Positions 16,992-25,637 of a stretch of 56,793 nucleotides of DNA are shown here, piece after piece. How positions within the stretch are numbered: the stretch's first letter is position 1; each line of letters starts with the position of its first letter. Under the pieces are notes generated by a model. The model was given only the letters and a program-made list of their open reading frames with translations. It searched no databases and was not told the DNA's origin. Source of the DNA: a virus (lineage: Duplodnaviria > Caudoviricetes); IMG/VR virus record IMGVR_UViG_3300048839_000639, positions 1 through 56,793 of that record. One strand, given 5' to 3'. The position numbers and the translations under genes are program-made.

Positions 16992-17627
16992 CTATTTCAG
17001 CCCAGCCAGAAACCACTTGAACAGCGCCGCCCATTTCGGCTCACTGTTCCACAACATCTCAGGATGCCACTGCACCCCCAGCGCGCCCGGGCGGTGGATC
17101 GCCTCGATCACGCCGTCATCCGAGCGCGCCGCCACATCGAAACCTGCCGGCACCATTCGCGTGGACTGGTGGTGGTAGGAGTTCACCGTATAGGTGGGCA
17201 GGTGCTTGCGCAGGCTCATGCGCACGTCCTGCAAGCGGTGCACCGAGGGGTGATGGTCTGTCAGGCCGTCCTGATGGATGTCCTGATACAAGGATCCGCC
17301 GGCGGCCACGGTCAGCATCTGGTGGCCGCGGCAGATGCCAAACACCGGCTTGTCTTCGTTGAGCGCGCGCCGCGCCAGCATCCATTCAACGCGATCACGC
17401 TTCCATGAGGATTCACTGACTTGTGAATGCCGCTTCGCCTCGCCGTAAAAAAATGGGTGAATGTCCGCGCCGCCCAGCAGCATCAGGCCATCGAATGGGG
17501 TGGAGTAAGCCTCTTCCATCGTGGTGATGAGTTCGATGCGAATGTCGGGCTTGAGGGCGCGCAGGATGCTGTAAACGCTGCCGGTGGCCGTGCCTTCGTG
17601 GAGGGCCACAGTGTTAAGAGTTTTCAT
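16992..17627 (-). CDS. Peptidase C26 / class I glutamine amidotransferase (PuuD-like)
   Basis: GGADIHP..YG, GICRGHQ, NSYHHQ and GVQWHPE catalytic triad motifs. Confidence 0.92.
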   Translation of the reverse strand: MKTLNTVALHEGTATGSVYSILRALKPDIRIELITTMEEAYSTPFDGLMLLGGADIHPFFYGEAKRHSQVSESSWKRDRVEWMLARRALNEDKPVFGICRGHQMLTVAAGGSLYQDIHQDGLTDHHPSVHRLQDVRMSLRKHLPTYTVNSYHHQSTRMVPAGFDVAARSDDGVIEAIHRPGALGVQWHPEMLWNSEPKWAALFKWFLAGLK

Positions 17628-17639
17628 GGTCTGTCCTAT

Positions 17640-17667
17640 GAGATTGGAGATTGGAGATTGGAGATTG
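17640..17667. repeat. (GAGATTG)4 heptamer tandem repeat
   Basis: Directly visible. Confidence 0.9.
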
Positions 17668-17668
17668 C

Positions 17669-17705
17669 AAAAAAGAAGCCTCTCGGCTTGATAAACCGAG
17701 AGGCC
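17669..17705 (-). terminator. Intrinsic terminator after the amidoligase
   Basis: GCCTCTCGG/CCGAGAGGC stem plus T-tract on the minus strand. Confidence 0.65.
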
Positions 17706-17716
17706 AGCCGATGCCG

Positions 17717-18502
17717 TCAAGCTGCCGGCTGAATGGGTGACTGGGGAGCCGCTGCCGTGAGTTGTTGCAGCATGAATGCTGCCACTTCTGCCGGTGATTC
17801 ATCTTCGACAATGCAGAAGGCCGAGGCCAAAGAAACCTGAAAATGGTCATGGATGAACCGATCAACCGCCACATCCGCCGGCAACTGGGTTGATCGAGGG
17901 TTGATTTCCGTTTCGGTGATTCTGGCAACCAGTGCCGTAATCATGTAAATGGCTGACAGAACAAAATCGCAATCGATGACCGATGCAAAAAGCCGGCATT
18001 CGATTGTGTTTTTGCCGCTTCGGCCATAGTTGGTTGTGTTGAGAGAGTTGTATCGATCCCGCTGCCACATCGAAGCCGGCTTGCAAAAAAATGATTGCAG
18101 TCGGGTGGACATTTGGGAGCCGTTCAAACTCCAGAAAGCAAATTCGTATCGCTTGAATGCCTTCACAATTCGGGTGAATTGCTCGCTTGTGATGTTGCCG
18201 GCACCGATATGAACATGGATGCCGCAAGACCGATCAGAGATTGCATGCATGTCCTGCAATCGCAGCACAGCCTGGGCCGCCTGAATCAGACCATCCTCAC
18301 CCTTCAAAATCGGGCTGACAATCTCAACACCAAAATAGCCGGCAGGGGCATGAAGGGAGCCGTCATGCTGAGCATTCCAGCCAGCCGGCCATCCCTCAAT
18401 CTGGTCGCCGCGGTGGTATTGACCCACCGAGATCAGCTCTCGCACACTGTTGGGAAGGTAGCATTCGATTTCCAGACCGAAGGTAATTTCTGAGGCTTTC
18501 AT
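17717..18502 (-). CDS. Amidoligase (COOH-NH2 ligase type 2)
   Basis: TFGLEIE, DGSL, EIVSPIL, CGIHVH, RY.SLN and TIECR motifs. Confidence 0.9.
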   Translation of the reverse strand: MKASEITFGLEIECYLPNSVRELISVGQYHRGDQIEGWPAGWNAQHDGSLHAPAGYFGVEIVSPILKGEDGLIQAAQAVLRLQDMHAISDRSCGIHVHIGAGNITSEQFTRIVKAFKRYEFAFWSLNGSQMSTRLQSFFCKPASMWQRDRYNSLNTTNYGRSGKNTIECRLFASVIDCDFVLSAIYMITALVARITETEINPRSTQLPADVAVDRFIHDHFQVSLASAFCIVEDESPAEVAAFMLQQLTAAAPQSPIQPAA

Positions 18503-18532
18503 CGCATTTTCTCCGCAGTTAAGATTGACCTA

Positions 18533-18561
18533 TTTATATCACAGTGATACTAATTTGTCAA
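18533..18561 (-). promoter_or_regulatory. Leftward promoter of a divergent pair
   Basis: TTGACA-17-TATAAA. Confidence 0.75.
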
Positions 18562-18638
18562 TATAGAAAAGAAGGAAAAGGCAAATGAGTTTTTCGGATG
18601 TTCGAAAAGATGGTGTCGGGCAATTGCTCGTTTCCCTA

Positions 18639-18667
18639 TTGACAAATGAATATTGTCGTGATATAAA
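18639..18667 (+). promoter_or_regulatory. Rightward promoter of a divergent pair
   Basis: TTGACA-17-TATAAA with ATG 7 nt later. Confidence 0.75.
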
Positions 18668-18674
18668 TCTGTCC

Positions 18675-19121
18675 ATGATGGAAACCAAATCCAGACAGTC
18701 AAAGCAGCAGGTCGCACAGGCAACCCTTGCCATCCTCAACACCCTGCAAGATTTTGTGTCGCCGGCTCAGCGCAGGGTGGTCGCAAATTTGTCCGCCGGC
18801 GAGGAAGGCGAATGGTTCCTGCAAAAGATGCAGGAAATCCGCCAGACAGTTGACACAATGCCCAAGTCCTACGAAACGGATGGGCAGGGCGACAATGCCG
18901 TTGCCCATCTTCACTACTTCGGCCCTTCGTGTGATTTCTACATCACCGAAAAGGACATGTGCAAAAAGCAGCATCAGGCTTTCGGCTCTGCGTCGTATGG
19001 ACACGGCGCCGAGATGGGCTACATCTCGCTTTGTGACCTACTGAGGCATGGTGTCGAACTCGACTTTCACTTCACCCCTCGCTCGCTGAAAGACCTGAAG
19101 GCCTCAGGCGCCATTCGCTGA
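18675..19121 (+). CDS. DUF2958-like protein
   Basis: PKSYETDG...LHYF...FYITE...AFG...EMGYISL..L....ELDFHFTP. Confidence 0.7.
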   Translation: MMETKSRQSKQQVAQATLAILNTLQDFVSPAQRRVVANLSAGEEGEWFLQKMQEIRQTVDTMPKSYETDGQGDNAVAHLHYFGPSCDFYITEKDMCKKQHQAFGSASYGHGAEMGYISLCDLLRHGVELDFHFTPRSLKDLKASGAIR

Positions 19122-19122
19122 A

Positions 19123-19365
19123 ATGGATGACAAACTGATAACCCCCGTCCGGCTGGCCCAACTGAAAGCCGATGCCGAGAAGATCGCCAAAGAGCCGCTG
19201 ACCGTGGAGCAGGTTCGCGCAGCGATGTATTACTTTGGCAGTGAGCTGGCCTGCCTGCGGCTGTTTGCCAAGATCAACACCTTTGGCGCGGCGCATCACC
19301 CACATGCGCGGGTGGGCTACAGCGCCAATCGTTCAACCTGGTATTTTGTGACTGATATGACATGA
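19123..19365 (+). CDS. Hypothetical protein
   Basis: Tightly packed operon ORF. Confidence 0.65.
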   Translation: MDDKLITPVRLAQLKADAEKIAKEPLTVEQVRAAMYYFGSELACLRLFAKINTFGAAHHPHARVGYSANRSTWYFVTDMT

Positions 19366-20135
19366 CAACCCTTCAACTTCCCCTTATGCCCCCTGAGGCG
19401 TTCGGCGCATGGGATACAATCGAGCTAGTTAACATTCCATCCAGCGCCCAACTCCGAGAGCAGATCGCCAACGAAACCGACACGATCATGCTGTCATTTT
19501 CGTGCGGCAAAGACTCCATTGGCGCATGGCTTGCGCTTCGTCCGCATTTCAAGCGCATCATCCCCGTTTACATGTGGCTGGTGCCTGGCCTGCGTTTCGT
19601 CGAAGATTCGCTCCGCTACTACGAGGACTTCTTCGACACGCCGATCATGCGCGTGCCGCACCCCTCGTTTTATCGCTGGCTGAATCACTTCGTTTACCAG
19701 CCGCCGGAACGATGCGCGATCATTGAGCGCGTGGGCTTTCCCAACCCCGACTATGACCAGATGCTGGACATGGCCGCCGAGGACGCCGGGTTGAAGCGAC
19801 GCCCGTGGTCGGCCACCGGCGTGCGTGCTGCCGACAGCCCTGTGCGGCGCGCGGCGAGCACGCGCTATGGCGTCCGCAATGCCGGACGCAAAACGTTCTT
19901 CGCCATTTGGGACTGGACAAAAGACAAGCTCATCACCGAAATTGAACGCGCCGGCGTGAAGCTGCCCGTTGACTACAAGTGGTTTGGCCGATCCTTCGAC
20001 GGCATTGACCGCCGCTTTCTGGAGCCGCTGCGCAAACACGCGCCGGCAGATTACAAGACCATCCTCGACTGGTTTCCGCTGGCCGAGATTGACATGCTGA
20101 GGAAACGCCATGCCGAAGAAAATCAACCTCAATGA
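19362..20135 (+). CDS. PAPS-reductase-family PP-loop ATP pyrophosphatase
   Basis: LSFSCGKDS PP-loop; GVRAADS..R; I.DW motifs. Confidence 0.8.
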   Translation: MTTLQLPLMPPEAFGAWDTIELVNIPSSAQLREQIANETDTIMLSFSCGKDSIGAWLALRPHFKRIIPVYMWLVPGLRFVEDSLRYYEDFFDTPIMRVPHPSFYRWLNHFVYQPPERCAIIERVGFPNPDYDQMLDMAAEDAGLKRRPWSATGVRAADSPVRRAASTRYGVRNAGRKTFFAIWDWTKDKLITEIERAGVKLPVDYKWFGRSFDGIDRRFLEPLRKHAPADYKTILDWFPLAEIDMLRKRHAEENQPQ

Positions 20136-20553
20136 AGACTTGAACCTGGGCAATGACCTGGGTGAAGATTTCGATCTGGACATGGGTGAGGGCGCTTTCT
20201 CGCTTGACGACGATGAGATGCCCAGCCCTGTGGCCGGCGTGAACTACACCGGCCGCGTTCAAGACGACGCTGTGGCCGAGGCCGAGGCGGTGATGTCCGC
20301 CTTCCAGAAACGTGCTGCCGACGAGGCGCATCGATTCCGCGAGGCCACTGACTCGGAGTTCTGGTGCTGTTTTTGCTTCCAGACGCGCGAACAGAAGGAA
20401 GAGTTTCTGCGCGCGTTCAATCTGCTCAGCCTGGGTGACAAGTATCTGGACGGCCCCAAAGCCGCCCGTCGCATGGGCAAGCCCGTGCAGCCGGCCAACG
20501 TGCAATACCGCGATGGCCGGATTGATCCCAAGCTGGCAAAGCTCGCTCGCTAA
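20110..20553 (+). CDS. Acidic hypothetical partner protein
   Basis: Overlaps the PP-loop gene; DSEFWCCFCFQTREQKEEFL...KYLDG. Confidence 0.75.
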   Translation: MPKKINLNEDLNLGNDLGEDFDLDMGEGAFSLDDDEMPSPVAGVNYTGRVQDDAVAEAEAVMSAFQKRAADEAHRFREATDSEFWCCFCFQTREQKEEFLRAFNLLSLGDKYLDGPKAARRMGKPVQPANVQYRDGRIDPKLAKLAR

Positions 20554-20587
20554 TCACACGAAGGGAAAGAGGAGGTGATGTGCAGTT

Positions 20588-20710
20588 TTGAATCGCATTC
20601 GCAACGCCGCTCGCAACCTGGTGAACCGCGTGACTGGTCGCGGCAACCGCAATGCCCGCAGCGCCGGCGCCGCCCGCAGCGCCGGCGCCGCCCGCAGCTC
20701 TGGCACCTGA
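20588..20710 (+). CDS. 40-aa Arg/Asn/Ala-rich repeat peptide; not in ORF track
   Basis: GGAGGTGA SD 9 nt before TTG; MNRIRNAARNLVNRVTGRGNRNARSAGAARSAGAARSSGT; CGC/AAC/GCC codons. Confidence 0.65.
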   Translation: MNRIRNAARNLVNRVTGRGNRNARSAGAARSAGAARSSGT

Positions 20711-20749
20711 TCTGTTGTCAGCGCGTCTGGAAGACCCTGACTTTTCATC

Positions 20750-21310
20750 ATGAGCGAGCAGCCTGACCCCCCAACCCCTGACACGTCGGATAGCGGCGCG
20801 CCGGACAGCAAGCCGCCCCGACGAGGCCGGCCCACTGATTGCACGCCGGAGGCCACAAAATCCATCTCCGGCGCCATCTCGCTGGGCCTGACCTACAAGG
20901 ATGCGGCGCTGGCCGCGGACGTGTCATACAAGACGTTCATCAACTGGATGAAACGCGGACGCGACGAAGCCGCGCGCCTGCACGACGCCGGCCCGCGCGC
21001 CAAGCCCCGCGCCCGTGAACTGCCCTTTTTGGAATTCTTTTATGCTATAAAAAAGGCGAAGGCCAAAGGAAAGGCGCGGCTGGTCAAAACCATCTTCCAG
21101 CACTCCGAAACGAGCTGGCAGGCCGCGGCGTGGATTTTGGAACGCCGGCACCCGCGCCAGTTCGCGCTGCGCACACGTTCGGAAGTGACCGGCAAAGACG
21201 GCGGCCCCATCCAGCACGAGCACGCCACGGTAACGCTGGTGATGCCAGACAATGGACGCGGCGATGCCACGCAACCGACCACAACCCCGAACCCAAGCGC
21301 CGGCGACTGA
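20750..21310 (+). CDS. terS: Terminase small subunit
   Basis: GRPT..T, HTH, WQAAAWILERR.P..F and EVTGKDGGPI motifs; immediately before terL. Confidence 0.85.
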   Translation: MSEQPDPPTPDTSDSGAPDSKPPRRGRPTDCTPEATKSISGAISLGLTYKDAALAADVSYKTFINWMKRGRDEAARLHDAGPRAKPRARELPFLEFFYAIKKAKAKGKARLVKTIFQHSETSWQAAAWILERRHPRQFALRTRSEVTGKDGGPIQHEHATVTLVMPDNGRGDATQPTTTPNPSAGD

Positions 21311-22685
21311 AATCCGGCCCCAGCCGGCGCAGTGGACGTTTCACTCCACGCCGGCGGACATCGCAATCTTCGGCGGTGCTGCCGGCGGCGGCAAAAGCTG
21401 GTCGCTTCTGGCCGAGCCATTGCGCCACATCACCAACCCTGACTTTGGCGCGGTGATTTTTCGGCGCACGCATCCACAGATCGTGCTGGAAGGCGGTTTG
21501 CTCGACGAGTCGGCGCGTGTTTACGGTGCATTTGGCGGCCATCTCAACAAGTCGGCCCTGCGCTGGCTGTTTCCCAGCGGCGCCAGCATCACGCTGGACG
21601 CCATGCAATATGAGTCGAACGTCTACGACTGGCAGGGTTCGCAGGTGCCGCTGATCGAGTGGGACGAGTTGACGCATTTCACCGCCAAGCAGTTCTGGTA
21701 TATGCTGTCGCGCAACCGCTCGACGTGCGGTGTGCGCCCCTACATCCGTGCGAGCTGCAACCCTGACCCCGACTCATTTGTGGCTGACCTGATTGCGTGG
21801 TGGATCGACCAGGAAACCGGCTACCCCATCCCTGAGCGCGGCGGCGTTTTGCGCTACTTCTATCGCCTGGCCGATGAAATGCACTGGTATGGTTCGCCAG
21901 AAGAAGCCATGCACGCGCATCCAGACATGGCGAAGGACGCGCCGCCTAAATCGCTCACGTTCATCCCCAGCCGGCTGGAAGACAACGCCGTGCTGATGCA
22001 ACGCGACCCTGGCTACCTTGCCAACCTGAAATCGCTCCCGCTGGTGGACATGGAGCGCCTGCTGAAAGGCAACTGGAAGGTGCGTCCGGCTGCCGGCAAG
22101 GTGTTTAACCGGGGCTGGTTTGAGATCGTGGACGCCGCGCCTGCCGGCGGCACAGAGGTGCGCGGATGGGACTTTGCGGCCACTGAGCGCAAGATCAACA
22201 AGCCCGACCCCGACTTCACCGCCGGCGTGCTGGTGCGGCGGGTGGGCGATGTGTATTACGTGATGGACTGCGAGGATTTTCAGGAAGGCCCGACCGAGGT
22301 CGAAACGCGCTTCAAAAACATCTCGCAGCAGGATCACATGCGCGCTGCTGCCGGACGCTCGCAGTATCGCGTCCGCTTTGAAGTTGAGCCTGGCGGCGCC
22401 GCCCGACGCGACGCCATGCGCCTGATAGGGATGCTGGCCGGCATCGACGTGCGCGGCATTGACGCACGCGGCGACAAGGTGACGCGCGCGGCGCCGCTGG
22501 CTGCACAGGCCCGCGCCGGCAACGTCAAGATCGTGCGCGGCGCGTGGAATGAACGCTTCCTGAAGCACATGCACAGCTTCCCCGAAGGTGCGCACGATGA
22601 CATCGCCGATGCTGTGGCGTCTGCCTTCAACGAACTCACCGAGTGGTGGGTGCCGGAAGCGGAGTCTGGGCCTTCGGTGTGGTGA
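21264..22685 (+). CDS. terL: Terminase large subunit
   Basis: PQPAQ, GGAAGGGKS Walker A, WDELTHF Walker B, SCNP, WDFA and HDDIADA nuclease motif. Confidence 0.96.
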   Translation: MPRNRPQPRTQAPATEIRPQPAQWTFHSTPADIAIFGGAAGGGKSWSLLAEPLRHITNPDFGAVIFRRTHPQIVLEGGLLDESARVYGAFGGHLNKSALRWLFPSGASITLDAMQYESNVYDWQGSQVPLIEWDELTHFTAKQFWYMLSRNRSTCGVRPYIRASCNPDPDSFVADLIAWWIDQETGYPIPERGGVLRYFYRLADEMHWYGSPEEAMHAHPDMAKDAPPKSLTFIPSRLEDNAVLMQRDPGYLANLKSLPLVDMERLLKGNWKVRPAAGKVFNRGWFEIVDAAPAGGTEVRGWDFAATERKINKPDPDFTAGVLVRRVGDVYYVMDCEDFQEGPTEVETRFKNISQQDHMRAAAGRSQYRVRFEVEPGGAARRDAMRLIGMLAGIDVRGIDARGDKVTRAAPLAAQARAGNVKIVRGAWNERFLKHMHSFPEGAHDDIADAVASAFNELTEWWVPEAESGPSVW

Positions 22686-22701
22686 AGGCCGCAAACAGAG
22701 A

Positions 22702-22760
22702 TACAATAACGGCAAGCGCAGAGGCGCACCAAACTGGTTTTGGTGCGCCTTTTTAGTTTT
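22702..22760 (+). promoter_or_regulatory. -10 box plus leader hairpin/terminator, copy 1
   Basis: TACAAT then 41 bp (22710-22750) identical to 25558-25598; AGGCGCACCAAA/TTTGGTGCGCCT stem plus T-tract. Confidence 0.75.
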
Positions 22761-22772
22761 CCCATCCAGCCT

Positions 22773-24128
22773 ATGGACTTCATTACCCGCACCATCATGT
22801 CGGCGGTGATCGACGACGAGCGCGCACGGCTCAACCGCATCAAGGAGGCGAACGACGCCTACGCCGGCAAATACAAGGACTTGCTCATCGTCCGGCAGGG
22901 GCAGGCCGATGACAACACCAAGCCGAATCTTGCGCGCTTGATCGTTGACAAGGGCAAGACGTTCCTGATGGGCGCTGCCGGCCCCAAGATCAAGGTGGAC
23001 GGCAACGAGCCGGCGCAGGCGTGGCTTGATGCGTGCCTGAAAGCCAACCGCTGGCCGACCAAGTGCAAGGAGATTGCGCAGAACGGCGGCATCGCCGGCC
23101 ATGCCTTCATCAAGCTCTCCGGCGCGCGCACCGAGCGCGGCGAAACCTACCCGCGCATCATCGTGCAAGACCCCGCAAACGTCACCGCGCACTGGGATGC
23201 AGACGACATCAGCGACGTGCTGCGCTACCGCATCCAATATCCGGCAGTCGGGCGCGATGGCAAGCCAATGGTCAAAAAGCAGGTGATCGAGCGTGACGAG
23301 GCCGGCGCCGGCTGGACAGTGATCGACTCCGAAGCGCGCAACGGCGGCGCGTTCATTGAAACGTCTCGCGTGGCGTGGCCGTGGCCGTGGGCGCCGATGC
23401 TGGACTGCCAGAATCTCGTCGCGCCGAACGTGTATTACGGCATGGCCGACCTTGAAACGGATGTGCTTCACCTGATCCGGCGCATTCAGTTTGTCCTCAG
23501 CAATGCGGCGCGGCTGAATCGCATCCACGCCCACCCCAAGACGTGGGGCAGGGGCTTCAAGACGTCTCAGCTTGAGATTGGCGCAGATGAAATGCTCGTG
23601 CTGCCAGGGGAAACGGCACAGATCGGCGCGCTTGAGGCCACCGGCGACATGGCCGGCAGCATGGCCCTTTACAACGCGCTGAATGACCTGCTTTTCATGC
23701 TGGCGCGCATCCCGCCCATCACCATGTCGAAGCTCGACAACATCGGCGCCATCGCCGGCATTGCGCTCAAGATTCTGTATGGCCCGATTGTCGAACTGAC
23801 GAACGACAAGCGCGGCACCTACGGCGACATGATTGAGCAGATGGCCGTCCGGCTGCTTGAAATGGGCAACTACGCCGGCGCAACCGTCACCCTTGAATGG
23901 CCCGAAATCGTGCCGGCCAACGAGGTTGAGGCGCAGCAGGTTCTGCTTGCCGACAAGGAGGCCGGCCTTGTGAGCAGCGAGACGGCCAGCGCCAAACGCG
24001 GCTACGACTGGGCAAAAGAGAAGGGCTTGATCGACGCGCAGAAGGAGGAGAACATGCAGCGGTTCGACACCCCGCAGGGCAACACAGACGCGGCTGACGA
24101 CATCCTCACGCGCTTGACGAGGCGGTAG
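22773..24128 (+). CDS. Portal protein (SPP1 gp6-like)
   Basis: Position after terL; NLARLIVD, G.ADL, AGIALK and GLVS.ETA motifs. Confidence 0.9.
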   Translation: MDFITRTIMSAVIDDERARLNRIKEANDAYAGKYKDLLIVRQGQADDNTKPNLARLIVDKGKTFLMGAAGPKIKVDGNEPAQAWLDACLKANRWPTKCKEIAQNGGIAGHAFIKLSGARTERGETYPRIIVQDPANVTAHWDADDISDVLRYRIQYPAVGRDGKPMVKKQVIERDEAGAGWTVIDSEARNGGAFIETSRVAWPWPWAPMLDCQNLVAPNVYYGMADLETDVLHLIRRIQFVLSNAARLNRIHAHPKTWGRGFKTSQLEIGADEMLVLPGETAQIGALEATGDMAGSMALYNALNDLLFMLARIPPITMSKLDNIGAIAGIALKILYGPIVELTNDKRGTYGDMIEQMAVRLLEMGNYAGATVTLEWPEIVPANEVEAQQVLLADKEAGLVSSETASAKRGYDWAKEKGLIDAQKEENMQRFDTPQGNTDAADDILTRLTRR

Positions 24129-24131
24129 CAC

Positions 24132-25244
24132 ATGGCTGGCGCTTCACCCACTGAGCGGACGCTGAATGAACTCAGCCGCATCCGCGATGCGTTTCTGCGC
24201 GACCTTGAGGCCAAAGAGGCCGGCGCAATAAAGGCGCTCGTCGAGCAATACGCCGGCATCGTGAAGCGCCTGCGCGCACAGATTCAAGAGGACTGGGAGA
24301 AGATCGAAGCGCGCAAGGCCACCGGCGAGACGCCGCGCCGGTCATGGATTTACGAGACGGGCCGGCTGCAACGGCTGCTCGACCAGGCCGAGTTTGAGTT
24401 TCGCGGCTGGTCAACGCTGGCCGCGCAGGTCACTGCGGCGCTTCAAGGCGAGGCCGTGGCGGTCGCCGGCGCCATTGTCGGCGAACAACTCCGGCTCTTG
24501 TTCACCCCTGCCGGCGCTTCGTCGGTGGTCGTGGGCTTCGACGTGCTGCCGGTGGATGTGCTTGAGCATCTTGTCGGCACCCTGCGCGACGGCTCGCCGC
24601 TTGTCCGCCTGTTCGATGAGATCGGGCCGCAGGTGCGCGAACGGATGGCCGAGGCGCTGACAACCGGCATCGTGAAGGGCGACAGTCCGCGCGTGGTGGG
24701 CCGGCGCATTCAGAAGGCCGCGTCGATTGGCCTTGCGCGCGGGGTGAGGATTGCGCGCACGGAGATGATGCGCTCGTACCGCACGGCACACCATGACAAT
24801 TACAGGGCTAACAGTGACGTGCTGGCCGGCTGGATTTGGCTTTCATCCCGCAACGGGCGCACCTGCGCGGCGTGCCTTGCCATGCACGGCACGTTTCACA
24901 AACTCGATGAGGAATTGCTCGACCATCCCAACGGCAGATGCACGCCGATGCCCGTATCAAAGTCCTTCGCGCAAATGGGCCTCGCGGATGTGGCGGCAGA
25001 ACGCGGCTGGCAGGACATGGCCGTCGATCCTGCTGAGGTTGAAACCGGCGAAGCATGGTTCAAAAAGCAGCCACTGGCGGTCAAGGCCGAGGTGCTCGGC
25101 GCAGCCGGCGCAAGTGCCTATGTCGCTGGCCGTGTGTCGCTGGCCGACTTCGTGACGGTGCGCAAGTCGCGCACATGGGGCAATTCGATCAATGCCGCGT
25201 CGCTCGCCACCGCGCTTGAGAACGCACGGCGGCGCACAGGTTGA
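24132..25244 (+). CDS. Minor head morphogenesis protein (SPP1 gp7/Mu gpF-like)
   Basis: RIARTE, RTC..C..MHG and HPNGRC motifs. Confidence 0.9.
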   Translation: MAGASPTERTLNELSRIRDAFLRDLEAKEAGAIKALVEQYAGIVKRLRAQIQEDWEKIEARKATGETPRRSWIYETGRLQRLLDQAEFEFRGWSTLAAQVTAALQGEAVAVAGAIVGEQLRLLFTPAGASSVVVGFDVLPVDVLEHLVGTLRDGSPLVRLFDEIGPQVRERMAEALTTGIVKGDSPRVVGRRIQKAASIGLARGVRIARTEMMRSYRTAHHDNYRANSDVLAGWIWLSSRNGRTCAACLAMHGTFHKLDEELLDHPNGRCTPMPVSKSFAQMGLADVAAERGWQDMAVDPAEVETGEAWFKKQPLAVKAEVLGAAGASAYVAGRVSLADFVTVRKSRTWGNSINAASLATALENARRRTG

Positions 25245-25256
25245 CATATTCACATC

Positions 25257-25517
25257 ATGACATTGGACGCACTCCTCACCGTGATCGCGCTCGGCATTGT
25301 GGCCGTGTATTTCGTCCTTGCGGCGGCGACGTATCGCCGGCAGCGCGACGAGGCGCGCGAGATTGTGCTCGCGCTTCTGGATCGCGGCGAGGCGCTGGCC
25401 GATGCTGCGCCGGCAGACCTGCGCGCCCTTTCAACCTATGCCCTTTGGCGGACGGCTGCGAAGAATGCGCGCCGGCGGATGATGACCCCGCCGGCAGAAC
25501 AAAGGCCACCGGAGTAA
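25257..25517 (+). CDS. Small single-TM protein
   Basis: N-terminal TM helix; TTGACA just upstream. Confidence 0.6.
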   Translation: MTLDALLTVIALGIVAVYFVLAAATYRRQRDEAREIVLALLDRGEALADAAPADLRALSTYALWRTAAKNARRRMMTPPAEQRPPE

Positions 25518-25545
25518 GCGCATCGGAATAGGTGCACCGGAATGG

Positions 25546-25610
25546 TGCTACAATCACCGGCAAGCGCAGAGGCGCACCAAACTGGTTTTGGTGCGCCTCT
25601 GCTTTTTTTC
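25546..25610 (+). promoter_or_regulatory. Extended -10 plus leader hairpin/terminator, copy 2
   Basis: TGcTACAAT then the same 41-bp element; stem extends to GCAGAGG/CCTCTGC plus T7. Confidence 0.75.
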
Positions 25611-25637
25611 CCTTTTCACTTCGGAGGTTACAGCGGA

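Noticed and set aside
19362-20135. Auxiliary sulfur-metabolism cysH or DndC phosphorothioation gene
   Set aside because: No CC/CxxC cluster or C-terminal ECGLH-type motif, and no cys or dnd neighbours
20575-20766. 63-aa ORF MMCSFESH from the ORF track
   Set aside because: Its start overlaps the SD; the TTG-20588 frame has better SD spacing and codon usage, though this is not proven
21774-24131. 785-aa antisense ORF, and similar long shadow ORFs (407-1675, 13089-14561, 7521-8657)
   Set aside because: Antisense to well-supported genes; expected in high-GC DNA and carrying no motifs
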